From the NCBI GenBank assembly GCA_965237955.1, contig OZ250169.1:3104001-3168000 (forward strand): a stretch of DNA of 64,000 nucleotides. The letters are read 5' to 3'. Source of the stretch: Candidatus Marinacidobacterales bacterium (GTDB lineage Bacteria > Acidobacteriota > Vicinamibacteria > Marinacidobacterales > SMYC01). This document shows, piece by piece, positions 32,858 through 43,534 of this stretch (the first letter of the stretch is position 1; each line of letters begins with the position of its first letter). Both the position numbers and the translations under genes were made by a program. A model generated the notes under the pieces. That model made no database searches. It saw only the letters and a program-made list of their open reading frames with translations, and was not told the DNA's origin.

Positions 32858-33510
32858 AAAGTGACCCCCGGCAAAGCCGGGGGCCTATTCATAAGAGCCC
32901 CTCGAAGGGGCTGTTCATGAGCCCCCTAAAGGGGGCGATCTTGCTCCCCAACTACGAGCCCGACCAGTCCATATTCAGCTGGTCCAGACGTTGGTCCTCC
33001 TGCTCTTGGAATGTACTTGCGGACCATCTCTTCGTCCAAGCCTACGGTCGACACGAAGTAACCGCGTGCCCAGAAGCTTTCGCCGGTGAAGTTGCGTCTG
33101 CGTCCGCGGAAGTTCCGTGCCACCGAGATCGCACTCTTGCCTTTGATGAACCCCACCACGTTCGACACCGCAAACTTCGGTGGGATGCTGATGCACATGT
33201 GGACGTGGTCCGACATCAAGTGGCCCTCCAGAATCCGGGCCTCTTTTTGTTTCGCCAGCTCGTGGAGAATCTTTCCCAGATGCGTTCTGATTGCACCATA
33301 CATCTTCTTCCTTCGGTACTTCGGGATGAACACAACGTGATATTTGCAGTCCCATCGTGTGTGGGATAGGCTCTTGTATTCTTTCACCTTGGTAGTCCTC
33401 CTTGTTTGGAAGTTCGCGCTTTCCAAGGAGGACTTTCTTTCCTACTTCCTTACACGGTCAAACCTCTGGGAGTCACCCCGGCAGAGCCGGGGGTTTACCT
33501 CAATGAATTA
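32858..33510 (-). mobile_element. tnpA: IS200-like element (tnpA from GTG 33387, frameshift near 33010)
   Basis: YHVVFIPKYRRK, DHVHM (HUH), FWARGYFVSTVG; terminal hairpins CCCCCGGCAAAGCCGGGGG and CCCCGGCAGAGCCGGGG. Confidence 0.88.
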
Positions 33511-33603
33511 AGTGTTGGCGGCCAGCCCCTAACCGGTCTGCGTGCTAGAGTTTGAACCAGAATTCTGAAGACACAGTTCTCTCATCGTCAGGGCCGAGCC
33601 GAA

Positions 33604-33930
33604 GTGAAGAATCGCAGATGTCTCAATCCCGCATGTCCGTTGCGGGGCAAAGTCAGTTCCGGAAACATCGTTCGCCACGGATTCTACCGAACCAGGTCCG
33701 GGAAACGCCGTCGATACCGGTGCGGCGAGTGCGGAAAGACGTTCTCCTCGACGAAAGGCACGCTCTACTACCGTCTCCAACATCGAAGAGCTACTTTCGA
33801 TGGGGTCATCGCTCTCAGAGTCGAGGGCGTCAGCATTTCCTCGATTTCTCGGATCGAAGGGATTGCCTGGAACACCGTCGCCCGCTGGCTCGAGAAGGCA
33901 GCCCAAGTGTGTCGTCGATTCAACCACTTG
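33604..33930 (+). pseudogene. IS1-family transposase N-terminal fragment
   Basis: CLNPAC..RYRCGECGKTFS Zn ribbon + HTH; cut by a type 1 end. Confidence 0.7.
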
Positions 33931-33988
33931 ATGGCGGAAGCACCGATTTATGGCCTATTTCAAAAGGGCCGAGTTTTTGCGCAGGACG

Positions 33989-34231
33989 GGGGTCGAGAAG
34001 CTGCGCACCGAGCCGGTGTTCGTGCTCTGGATCGAAAACAAGGAGTTCCAGTGGCTCGAGCCGACCATCACCACCGAGCAGATCGCCGAGCTTGGCGGCT
34101 GGGATCCGTCGAAGGGCGTTCAGCAGATCGACCTTGCCACGAACAAGGCACACACACTCAAGCCGGGTGAAATCGTCGATCTGAGGGATATCAAGACCTT
34201 CGTGAAAAAGATCGGCTGGCGACGTGGCTGA
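33989..34231 (+). pseudogene. Ubiquitin-like (multi-ubiquitin domain) protein, 5'-truncated
   Basis: LWIENKEFQWLEPTITTEQIAELGGW...LKPGEIVDL, C-terminal Gly (GWRRG*); starts at a type 1 end. Confidence 0.7.
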
Positions 34232-34635
34232 GCGCGAGCTCCGCCTCGAGGAAGAACACCGGCTGATCGCCACGGTCTTTCCAAGCGTCGTTCAGTCGGG
34301 GGATTGGTTCCTCATCCCGGACGACGCTCGGGCGACGCGGTACGGCTGGACTCTGGATCCGTTTCCGGTTGCGTTTCACGCACAGCCAGGACACCCGGGG
34401 CAGGTGCCATACGGTATATACGTGCCGTCCTCCGCACAGGCCGGCGGCCAAGTGCCGAACAACTTCAACGGCAACGCGAGCAATCGGCCGCCGTTCGAGG
34501 GGCAGTGGGGTGTTCTCTCCTGGCAGGGCGACGACCAAGGAATCCCCTGGGTCCCGGCGCAGCGGATTCGCGAGGGGGCCAACCTGTTGAACTTCCTCAT
34601 TCACGTTCGACGAGCGGTTCAAAGAAGGTGTCTGA
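34224..34635 (+). CDS. Prokaryotic E2-like protein (Prok-E2_E-like), apparent +1 frameshift near 34600
   Basis: WFLIP..GW..VAF..PGHPGQVPYGIYVP..WGVLSW..W.P..NLLNFL; removing one base gives TFDERFKEGV* overlapping the next GTG. Confidence 0.7.
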
Positions 34636-35176
34636 ATCCACTAAGGAACGGAGGCTCCGCTTCGAGAGCAAGGCGCATTACCAAGCATTTCGCTCCGCGC
34701 TCGTGTGCGGAGCATACGCATACTATCGCGAGCAAGGGGCTTTTCTCTTCGCGTCCCCGGCGGCAAATGGAGAGCTGGACGTCGTTGATGTCGCCGTGCT
34801 CAAGACGGCCGATTTCGTTATGCAGTCGGCCGGCTACGTGGAGCTGCACGACGATGCGCTCCAGGAGATGATCGTCCGTGCGCATAGGACGGACACCGCG
34901 CTGATGGAGGCTCACTCGCACCCCCTCGCGGAAGGGCCTCGGGTGCGTTTTTCGTCCTTCGATTGCGAGGGCTTGGCCGACATCGGGCCGCAGATGTCGT
35001 GGCGACTTCCAGGCCGGCCCTACATCGCCTTGGTCTTAGGTCGGGATGCGTTCGATTCCCTTTACTGGGAAGGTCGAGAGCGAAGGCCTCGGGGCTCCGT
35101 GGACCTTGTCGTCGCCGGGCAACTGCTACGCGCGAGTCGTGAATCCGAGCGCTCTTGGGGGCGAGACCATGGATAG
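34628..35176 (+). CDS. JAB/MPN metallopeptidase
   Basis: EQGAFLF, EAHSHP...FSSFD JAMM motif. Confidence 0.8.
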   Translation: MSESTKERRLRFESKAHYQAFRSALVCGAYAYYREQGAFLFASPAANGELDVVDVAVLKTADFVMQSAGYVELHDDALQEMIVRAHRTDTALMEAHSHPLAEGPRVRFSSFDCEGLADIGPQMSWRLPGRPYIALVLGRDAFDSLYWEGRERRPRGSVDLVVAGQLLRASRESERSWGRDHG

Positions 35177-35978
35177 GTTCGACAGGCAACGGAAGATCTT
35201 CGGAGACGAGGGACAGAAGCGCCTGCGCGCCGCGACGGTTGGTGTCGTCGGCGGGGGAGGCCTGGGCTCGTTCATAGTGCTCGAGCTTGCCTATCTGGGG
35301 ATTGGGAAGATCCTAATTGTCGACCAGAAGCTGCTCAAGTGCTCGAATCGGAACCGGTTGGTGGGTGCTTGGGCGTCGCACCCAGACGGGACGCCCAAGG
35401 TCCAGCTACTACGCGACCTCGCGGGACTGATCGACTCCAAGATCGAGATCGAGCTGGTACAGGACGGTGTCGAAAGCTCCGATGCACAAGCCGCACTCGC
35501 AAGCGTGGACATCGTTGTGGGATGCGTCGACCACGATGGCCCTCGGTTCGTGCTGAACGAATTCTGCTGCAAGCAAGGTCTGCCGCTTATCGACGCGGCA
35601 AGCGATACAGTGCATGAAAAGGACAGGGTTCTCTTCGGAGGGCGGGTTTGTGTCGCAACGCAGGAGACGGGCTGCCTCGCGTGCTTCAAGGTGTTGGACC
35701 AGAACGAGCTTCAGGACTACTTCGCTTCGCCACAGCAGCGGACTGACCGGGGTGCGATCTACGGCGTGCCCGAGAGCGCCCTGGCCGGTGGCGGTCCGTC
35801 GGTGGTCACGGTCAACGGAGTGGTAGCGTCGATCGCGGCGACAGAATTGATGGTGTTGGTGACCGAGATCCGTGCTCCCATCGCGCATCAGGACTGGCGT
35901 GGCCATGAGGGTTGCCTGCTTCGTGTTGTCGACCGCGAGGAAGGCTGCTACTACTGTGGCTTGCGTCCTGTTGATTAG
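35169..35978 (+). CDS. ThiF/E1-like adenylyltransferase
   Basis: RFDRQ, VGGGGLGS, SNRNRL, GCVD, CLAC and CYYC Zn pairs. Confidence 0.88.
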   Translation: MDRFDRQRKIFGDEGQKRLRAATVGVVGGGGLGSFIVLELAYLGIGKILIVDQKLLKCSNRNRLVGAWASHPDGTPKVQLLRDLAGLIDSKIEIELVQDGVESSDAQAALASVDIVVGCVDHDGPRFVLNEFCCKQGLPLIDAASDTVHEKDRVLFGGRVCVATQETGCLACFKVLDQNELQDYFASPQQRTDRGAIYGVPESALAGGGPSVVTVNGVVASIAATELMVLVTEIRAPIAHQDWRGHEGCLLRVVDREEGCYYCGLRPVD

Positions 35979-36656
35979 CCGGGTCCTATTGCTCACTACG
36001 GTACTTTCGAGTGAACGAACGATTTCGGTCACTCCCCGATGGCCTCCGCCCACGCGGGCGGTGCCGTCCTGTGCCAAAACTCGGCCCTTTTAACTGAAAG
36101 GGATGTCCGAGTCTATGTCAGAATCAGCGGCACAGCGGCAGCGACACCTGTGCTCCGCAAAAAGTCGATCCGGCGTTGATTACGTGGTTTAGACCTGCCA
36201 TGCTCGGCTGCCTTGTGCCGGTCGACCCGACGGCGCCACCGGCGTCTTAGGAACGTGGAGAGGCTCGCTCTTGCGACTGTTTTCGAATATCCGGTCTATT
36301 GTTCTGGACGCCATCGCGTTCGCTCGCAACCTATGCCGCTCGCGCCGCGCCCTCGCCGCAGAGAACTTTTTCCTTCGGAAGCAGCTCACGTTCTTTGTCG
36401 AGCGTAAGCAGGCTGTGCTCCGCAAAAAGTCGATCCAGCGTTGATTGCGCGGTTTAGACCTGCCATGTTCAGCTGCTTTCGCTCCGATCGACCCGACGAC
36501 GCCACCGGCGTCTTATGAACGTGGAGAGGCTCCCTCGGGCCAGACGATTGTAAAGCCTACGGCCCTTGGCCCGGTCGCGAACACAGACACTAAGCTGCTG
36601 ATTTATAGTCTATTTCAAAAGGGCCGAGTTTTGGCACAGGACGGGGGGGACACCAG

Positions 36657-38108
36657 CTAATGTCTACGTTCGCCGACTACCCAGAGGTTGGCGCTCGAGC
36701 GAATGAACAGCTGGCCCTGTGACACCGCCACCGAGCTGAGGCAGTACGGCGTGCAGCCGTCGTCGAACGAGTTTGACGCGAGGATCTCGAATTCCGGCCC
36801 GGTCCGGTACACGGTCCACAGGCCCTCCTCCTCGGTCGAGACGTAGATCTTGCCGTCGGCGAGGATGGGAGACGAGCTGTAGGTGCCGCTCGGCAAACGC
36901 TCGGGGCCGTAGACGACCTCGCCCGTGTCGAGCCTCAGACAGTAGGCCACGCCGCGGTCGGTCACGACGTAGACATACTCGCCGGCGCTCACCGGCGTCG
37001 GCACGTCGGGGCCTCGGTCGAACTCCCACGCGACGTGCGTGTCGCCGATGTCACCGCTGCCGCCCGGCCGGATCGCGACCATGGGCCGCACCCGACTCGG
37101 CGCGACGATCAGATCGCCCATGATCGTCGGCGAGGCGATGATCCGGTAGGCCCCGTTGTTCTGGGGATTGAGGACGTTCGCGCGCCAGAGTTCTCGGCCG
37201 GTGTCGGGATCGTGCCCGGTGACCGCATCCCCGCCGGTGATGACGAGTTCCGTCTTGCCGTCGTACTCGAGCCACGTCGGCGTCGTGTAAGAATCCGGAG
37301 ACTCGCGCCGTGCCGTCGTCGGCCGCTCGATGTACCACAGCGTCTCGCCGGTCATCTTGTCGACCTTGACCACGTACGACGGATCGTCGGTCCGCATACC
37401 GTGGAGCACCTGCAGGTAAAGCGCGTCCCCCTGCAGGAGCGGCGACGAGGCGTATCCCCAGTTGAGCCCGAACCGATAGTAATCGTCCGAGATGTTGCGC
37501 GACCAGATCTCGTTGCCCTCGAAGTTGAACGCCTTCAGGGCGCCGACGCCGGTCATCACCCAGACACGTTCGCCGTCGGTCACGGGCGACGGCGACGACA
37601 TGTTCTGCTTGCGCTGCATGTTGTTGCCGTCGGCGATGGGTCGCTTCCAGGCCACGTCCTGCGTCCGGCGGTCGACCGCCCAGAGTTCAAGGCTGCCCGA
37701 GGCCGTCTCCGTGGCTACATTGAGGAACACCAGGTCGTCCCAGATGATCGGTGTCGATCCGCTATAGGCTGGCAGCGGGAGCCGCCACGCGATGTTCTCG
37801 GTGTCGAACTCATCGCAGTTCGGCGGATGCGTCGGGACCGCAACCGATCGGCCGAAGCCGCGCCCCCGCTGCCGCTGGCCTCCCTGCAAGTTCGGACTGG
37901 CCTGGACGCTACGGGGGCCGCTCTCGGGCACCCCGGACACCCTGGGCTCGTCTTCGTCCAGGCACGTGGCGCTCCAGCTCACCGGCAGTCTGGTCTCGGT
38001 GCTGACGCTGTTGCGGGTCGGGCCGCGCCAGTGTGGCCAGTTGTCGGCCAGAAGCGACGATCGGGCCGCGACCGTCAGGATACAGGTCACCCAGAGTAAT
38101 CTCCGCAT
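36657..38108 (-). CDS. PQQ-like beta-propeller protein (BamB-like repeat family)
   Basis: Signal peptide, NWPHWRGP, repeated SSP/TG..W motifs. Confidence 0.88.
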   Translation of the reverse strand: MRRLLWVTCILTVAARSSLLADNWPHWRGPTRNSVSTETRLPVSWSATCLDEDEPRVSGVPESGPRSVQASPNLQGGQRQRGRGFGRSVAVPTHPPNCDEFDTENIAWRLPLPAYSGSTPIIWDDLVFLNVATETASGSLELWAVDRRTQDVAWKRPIADGNNMQRKQNMSSPSPVTDGERVWVMTGVGALKAFNFEGNEIWSRNISDDYYRFGLNWGYASSPLLQGDALYLQVLHGMRTDDPSYVVKVDKMTGETLWYIERPTTARRESPDSYTTPTWLEYDGKTELVITGGDAVTGHDPDTGRELWRANVLNPQNNGAYRIIASPTIMGDLIVAPSRVRPMVAIRPGGSGDIGDTHVAWEFDRGPDVPTPVSAGEYVYVVTDRGVAYCLRLDTGEVVYGPERLPSGTYSSSPILADGKIYVSTEEEGLWTVYRTGPEFEILASNSFDDGCTPYCLSSVAVSQGQLFIRSSANLWVVGERRH

Positions 38109-38341
38109 GTCGGGAACTCCCTTCGATGGTTAGCGTAACCGGAGATACGAACAGGTTCAACACGATGTCAACTCTATCGGTATCAGGCGTAAACGTGCCG
38201 GGTAGTCCCTCGTTCGGGGGGGTGCACCCGAGCCGCGACGAGTGCAAGGCCGGGCTAAGCCTCGCTCCGGCTTGGCACGTTCTTTGGGATTCCTCGACAG
38301 AGCGCTCAGCCTGCGGCGACGGTGGAGTCAAGCCCATTCTC

Positions 38342-39642
38342 CTAAGAAACTACCGCCTGAACGACGTCGCCCGTTTGAGTGTCGATGAGAGCGAAACCGA
38401 GGTCAGCGGCGCGTTGGGTCAGGCGGCGCACGGCACGGGAGCGATCTTGAGCGTTGTAGGCGGCGGCCCCGGGGTCTTGATAGACGAGCCCATCCTTGAG
38501 AGTGCGGTAGACGAGAATGGCGAGCTTTCGAGCGGTGGCGGTGATGGCTTTGGATTTACCGACGCGATAGGCGAGACGTCGATAGTAGGCGCCGAGAGCG
38601 GTCTGTGTACGCCCGAGGCTGAGTGCGGCCATGCGGAGAATGCCAGCGGCGCGGTTTGCAGAGGGTTGTGTTTTCGAGCTGAGGAGTCGCCCGCCGGAGA
38701 TTTTGTTATTGGGCGCGAGGGTAAGCCAGGAAGTGAAGTGCTTTTCAGTAGGCCATCGGTTCATATCGGTCCGATCTCGGCGAGCAAGCGAAGCGCGGAA
38801 TAGGGTCCGATGGCGTCGATCTGGGAGAGGTCGACCCCGGCGATCTGGTGGAGGAGAGGCCGGAGCTCGAACCGAGGTTCGTTCACTCGGGGCTTGCGCG
38901 ATTTTCGAGGCGGTGGCAAGGAGGTGTTCGGGGTTGAGCGTTGAGCTAGAAGCTGCAGGTGCGATTCGATGGCCACGTCACAGGTTTGGATCTGGAGCTG
39001 AAAAGCATCAAAGAGTTCGAGGTTCTGCTTGAGAGCGAAGAGGTGCTCGGGGCGATAGTTGCCGGTGAGTGCAGCGGCGATCTCGGCCTCGGAGGACTGA
39101 CAACGGTGGTCACGGTGCTTGGCGAGCCGATGGGGGTCGGTTTGTCCGGCAACGATGTCTCGTAGAATCCGCATGCCAGTGACACCCGTGATATCAGTGA
39201 CCACAAGGTGGAGTTGAAGATTCATTTGCACGAGAGCCTTCTGCATGCGCTGGATATGGGTTACCGCACTCTGAACGAGAGTCTCTCGGTGGCGGAGGTA
39301 GCCACGCAGGGCGGTGATGGCTGCTTCGGGTCGAAAGCTTCCGCGGAGCAACCCCACGCTGTGCAACTCCCGGAGCCATTCGCAATCGCTGACATCGCTC
39401 TTGCGCCCCGGGACGTTTTTGACGTGGCGCGCGTTGACCAAGAGGACCTGGAAGCCACGGGCTTCGAGGATTTCATACAGGGCGATCCAGTAGACGCCGG
39501 TCGACTCCATCGCGACGCTCGTCACGCCGCAAGTCGCGAGCCGATGAAGATCGGCCGTGAAACTCCTGAAGGAACGGACCGGTTTAGGATCGCGCTCCGG
39601 TGGAACTGCGACGAAATGCTCGGCCGAGCCGCAATCGATCCC
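38342..39642 (-). pseudogene. IS110-family recombinase, 5'-truncated, frameshift near 38763
   Basis: GID, MESTGVYW, GRKSDVSD, ISGG, TARKLA. Confidence 0.85.
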
Positions 39643-40313
39643 AGGCTCGTGACCTACTATGTGCTCGTCGTCATCGAGCTGTCTTCGCGAAAAGTGCACA
39701 TTGCCGGAATCACTCCGGGGCCGGATGGCCCGTTCATGATGCAGGTCGGTCGGAATCTCACCGACTCATTCGACGGCTTTCTGCGCGGCAAGCGATTCCT
39801 CATCCTGGACAGCGACAAGAAGTTCACCACGGAGTTTCGCGATTTGCTCGAGCACGCCGGAACGGACGTCATTCGGCTGCCGCACCGTTCGCCGAATCTG
39901 AACGCTTACGTCGAAAGGTTTGTTTTGTCGATCAAGAGCGAGTGCTTGGAGCGGATGATCTTCTTCAGTGAGCAATCGCTGCGCCGTGCCGTCGCTGAGT
40001 TCATCCATCATTATCACGGAGAGCGCAACCATCAAGGGCTCGGGAACGCGTTGCTCGAAGCGGAAGAATGCGTCGGCAGTCCTCACGGGAAAGTGCGATG
40101 TCGTAAGAGATTGGGCGGCTTGCTCAGCTATTACCACCGCGACGCCGCATAGGAGTTCGGGCGCGCCAGTTGGACGGAACGGATGGTCTGCAGGAGAGGT
40201 CTGCTCGGGGTCGCCTATCGCAGAGCTAGTACCGCGTCGGCTGGTCTCCGCGAGTTTTGAGAACGCCTCTAGGATTCGACCTTGCCGCTCCGTTCGCGTT
40301 TTCGGACAGGACG
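39643..40313 (+). mobile_element. 3' half + IRR of the type 2 integrase-core IS
   Basis: Near-identical to 28928-29600. Confidence 0.88.
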
Positions 40314-40550
40314 CGATCAACAACGGGCCGAAGAGCGACGATGGACGGGATGCTCTCAAGCCTTGCCGGATCCTGGTTGATACAAAATCCGAGGCAAGTG
40401 AGGGCTGTGCTCCGCAAAAAGTCGATCCGGCGTTGATTGCGCGGGTTAGACCTACCATAGTCGGCTGCTTCTGGCCGGTTTTCTTTTTTGCGGATCACAA
40501 CAGCCAGCGGCCAACGTGGTCAATACCGGAAAATCAGGTGTTGCCTAGCC

Positions 40551-41966
40551 CTAGCTGAAGTCCACCCCGAAGAACAGCACCGCGACGATGATCGCCGCCA
40601 CGGCCAGCGGCGACACGAACTGAATGAAGAACCGCCACGCTCCATAGTTGAACCACCTGGGTTCTGAGCCATCCACGAGCTCCCGCTCGGTGTACTTGCG
40701 CGTCAGGAACCAGCCCGCCGCGATCGTGATCGCAAATCCCCCGGTCGGGAGCATCCAGTTCGACACGAAGTGGTCGACCATGCCGAACCAGCTCGCCTTG
40801 CCGCCGAAGAGCATCTGGCCGAGCGCGCCGCCGAGTTGGAGCTCGGTGATCGCGCCGACACCACCGAACGACAACGCGGCGAGGACCGTGAAGGCAAACA
40901 CCGCACCACCACACAGCAGCGTCGCCGTGGCCCGCGGCATGTGGTGTTCGTCGATCACGTAGGCAGCGACCACTTCCAGTAGCGACATCGTCGAGGTGAG
41001 CGCCGCGAGGGCCACCAGCACGTAGAAGAGTGGCCCCAGGAATGCCCCGAACGGGACCTCGGTGAAGAACAGCTGCGGCAGCGAGATGAAGAGCATCCCC
41101 ACAGTGCCCGTGCCGCTGACCTGCTCATCCATACCCGGCACGCTGAAGATCACCGAGAACATGATCACCGTGGCCACGAGTGCGATCAGCGTATCGAGCA
41201 CGACGATGATCGCCGAGGCTTTCACGATCGACTGATGCTTTGCGATGTACGAGCCGTACGTCACCATCGCGCCCATGCCGAGCGAGAGCGTGAAAAACGC
41301 GTGGCCGAGCGCCTCGAGGACGCTCCCCCCATCCAATTCGCCGAAGCACGGCAGGAAGATGAAGCGGAGCGCCTCACCGGCCCCGGCCATCTCCAAGGCG
41401 GAGACGAGCAGCAAGACGAGGATCCCGAAGAGAATCGGCAGAAAGACACGCGCGATGCGCTCGATGCCCTTTTGGACGCCGAAGTAGACGACCGAGACCG
41501 TGGCGATACTGAACCCGAGAGACAAGCCAAGCTGCAGGCCGCCATTGGCCGCCTGCGCACCGAACAGCTCGCCCATCGAGGCGCCCGCCGGGAATCCACC
41601 GACCGACCAGCCCGCGGACTTGGCGAAGTAGAAGAGCGACCAGCCCGCAATCACCGTGTAGTAGCTGAGCAGCAGAAAGCCGCAGAGCACGCCCCAGAGG
41701 CCAACGATGCCCCACGCCGGCCCGATGGCCTGCTTGAGCGCCCCGACCACGCTCTTCTGCGTCGCTCGCCCGATCAGCAGTTCGGCCATCATGATGGGCA
41801 GGCCCACGGTGGCGATGCACACGAGGTACACGAGGACGAAGGCCCCGCCGTTGTTCTCCCACGTGACGAACGGGAACTTCCACAGGTTGCCGAGGCCGAT
41901 CGCGCTCCCGGTCGCGGCGAGAATTAAGCCGGTGTTCGAACTCCAATGGCCGCGCGGCTCTGACAT
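40551..41966 (-). CDS. Sodium-dependent transporter (NSS family), copy 2
   Basis: Three amino acid differences seen versus copy 1 (A/T, R/C, I/V). Confidence 0.93.
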   Translation of the reverse strand: MSEPRGHWSSNTGLILAATGSAIGLGNLWKFPFVTWENNGGAFVLVYLVCIATVGLPIMMAELLIGRATQKSVVGALKQAIGPAWGIVGLWGVLCGFLLLSYYTVIAGWSLFYFAKSAGWSVGGFPAGASMGELFGAQAANGGLQLGLSLGFSIATVSVVYFGVQKGIERIARVFLPILFGILVLLLVSALEMAGAGEALRFIFLPCFGELDGGSVLEALGHAFFTLSLGMGAMVTYGSYIAKHQSIVKASAIIVVLDTLIALVATVIMFSVIFSVPGMDEQVSGTGTVGMLFISLPQLFFTEVPFGAFLGPLFYVLVALAALTSTMSLLEVVAAYVIDEHHMPRATATLLCGGAVFAFTVLAALSFGGVGAITELQLGGALGQMLFGGKASWFGMVDHFVSNWMLPTGGFAITIAAGWFLTRKYTERELVDGSEPRWFNYGAWRFFIQFVSPLAVAAIIVAVLFFGVDFS

Positions 41967-41989
41967 GTGTCGTTCTCCGATCGATGGGC

Positions 41990-42609
41990 GTGGTCAACGC
42001 GCATGCTGGAAGTGGCGGGCTGCAAACTCCTCTGCCGCCACAATCTCGGTCCCGTCCACGATGCGGACACGCTTGCCCTCGGTCTTGGGTGCAAAGGTGG
42101 CATTGAGGCGGACTTCCTCTACGTCCTGTTGCGCTAAGAACTCGGCCTGCGAAGTCTCCTTGAAGTCGTACTTAGGGTTGGTCGCGTGTAGTTGCTTTGT
42201 CTCTTCAAGCACTTCGTGCTCCACTTCCTCCCTAAGCGCCTTGGCTTCGTCGGTCCAAAGAGTACCCGGGTCCAGGCCTGCAGCCTCTGCACGGTCCGCG
42301 AACCGCTTGAACACCCCGAACTGCAACTCGCGCCAGTAGTAGCGTTTGACCATGCATGGCTGCACGCGGGTGCGCTTCGACCGGCATCCCACGGCACTCG
42401 CGGCAAATGTCGTCGACGAACCCGAGGGTGACAGGTATCCGCTCCTGAGTCTCCAGCACACACCCTTCCCGTAGCTGGTGGGCGAGGAAGCGTTCACCAT
42501 TCTCGCGGTCGCATACGCACATCATGACGCCGCTGCAAGTGCCGCAACGGTACTTGCGGATCAGCTCGTATTCGTTGAGACACAGGACAGATTTGTGAAG
42601 ACAAGACAT
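41990..42609 (-). pseudogene. Cys-rich hypothetical protein, frameshifted and 3'-truncated
   Basis: RCGTC..MCVC..CREC; continues in another frame as KRYYWRELQF. Confidence 0.5.
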
Positions 42610-42853
42610 GGAGCTACCCTCAAAAAGTGTGGAAATGAAGTAAAGGCGGAGTAACCTTCCGCGTCGCAAAACACGGCCTGAAGAGGCCTACGGAAGGAAG
42701 ACACCGCCATGAAGGAAAAGACCACAGGAGGTAGGAGCTCGTCAAGGGTGGCCTGGGAGTCGCTGGAGAAGTGGGCGAGGCTTGAGATCCAGGATTGGCT
42801 CCAGGAGCTGATGGTCGTCCTGTTTCAAAAGGCCCGAGTTTTGGCACAGGACG

Positions 42854-43111
42854 GGGAAGAGTCTTGACCTGGGTCACGAGCGCTAGAAACTTCCGCCAAT
42901 TCAGAAACTGTCTGAACCGCTCCCGGACTCGATAAGTGCCGCTGCCGAGATCTTCGATGAAGCCCCGAAACTGCTTCGACCAATAAGTATTGAGCGCGCC
43001 AAGCGTCCAGCCCGTGGCGTTGAGCACGTCCTCCTTTGTGAACGGCTCCAGCGTGTGCAATCGTTCCGCGAAGAATTTATGCGCAGCGCGTTGTGTCGTG
43101 TCATCTGCCAT
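42854..43111 (-). pseudogene. Hypothetical protein (wHTH-like), 3'-truncated by a type 1 end
   Basis: Coupled to the upstream nuclease stop; MADDTTQRAAHKFF. Confidence 0.5.
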
Positions 43112-43534
43112 CAGATCGTCTCCTTTGCTCTTGCGATGAACGAATCGAGGGTTAGAACTTCCACGTTCTCCGAGTTTCTCAAATATTGCTGCAGCCTACC
43201 GCTCGTGTAGAAGCTTCGCGGCTTCCACCCCTCACCGCCGAGAACGACGTAGGCTTTGTGATGGATTCCTGGCTGCGGCTGCATGGCTTCGACGAGACAG
43301 ATCATCTCGAATGGAACCTTCTGTTCTGCCGTGCCGGAGACCTGTTGCCATTTCACCGAGATCAAATGCTTGCGTCCGTTCTTCTCGGCAACCGCGTCGA
43401 CGTAGTGCCGCCCGTGACCGAGTCGCTGACCGATGTGGACTTGAGCGGTCCATTGATAATTGTCCCTGCTCTAGCGCTGGTAAGATCATCGCCTCCAATA
43501 CACCGCCGGTTCGCGTATCGCGGCCTGGGCTCAT
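43111..43534 (-). pseudogene. PD-(D/E)XK nuclease (putative restriction endonuclease), frameshifted near 43460
   Basis: TGGVLE..HYVD..ISVKWQQVSGTAEQKVPFE split over two frames; overlaps the methylase stop. Confidence 0.7.

Larger units (their letters stand above)
4663..40430. repeat. Dispersed transposon end 'type 3' (TGTGCTCCGCAAAAAGTCGATCC) at ~4663, 12926 (inverted), 13848, 36149, 36414, 40406
   Basis: Direct repeat matches; the 36149 copy is followed by a transposase N-terminus (RSRRALAAENFFLRKQL). Confidence 0.8.

Noticed and set aside
39208-40152. 314-aa novel integrase
   Set aside because: Chimera of antisense IS110 sequence and the 3' half of the rve transposase.
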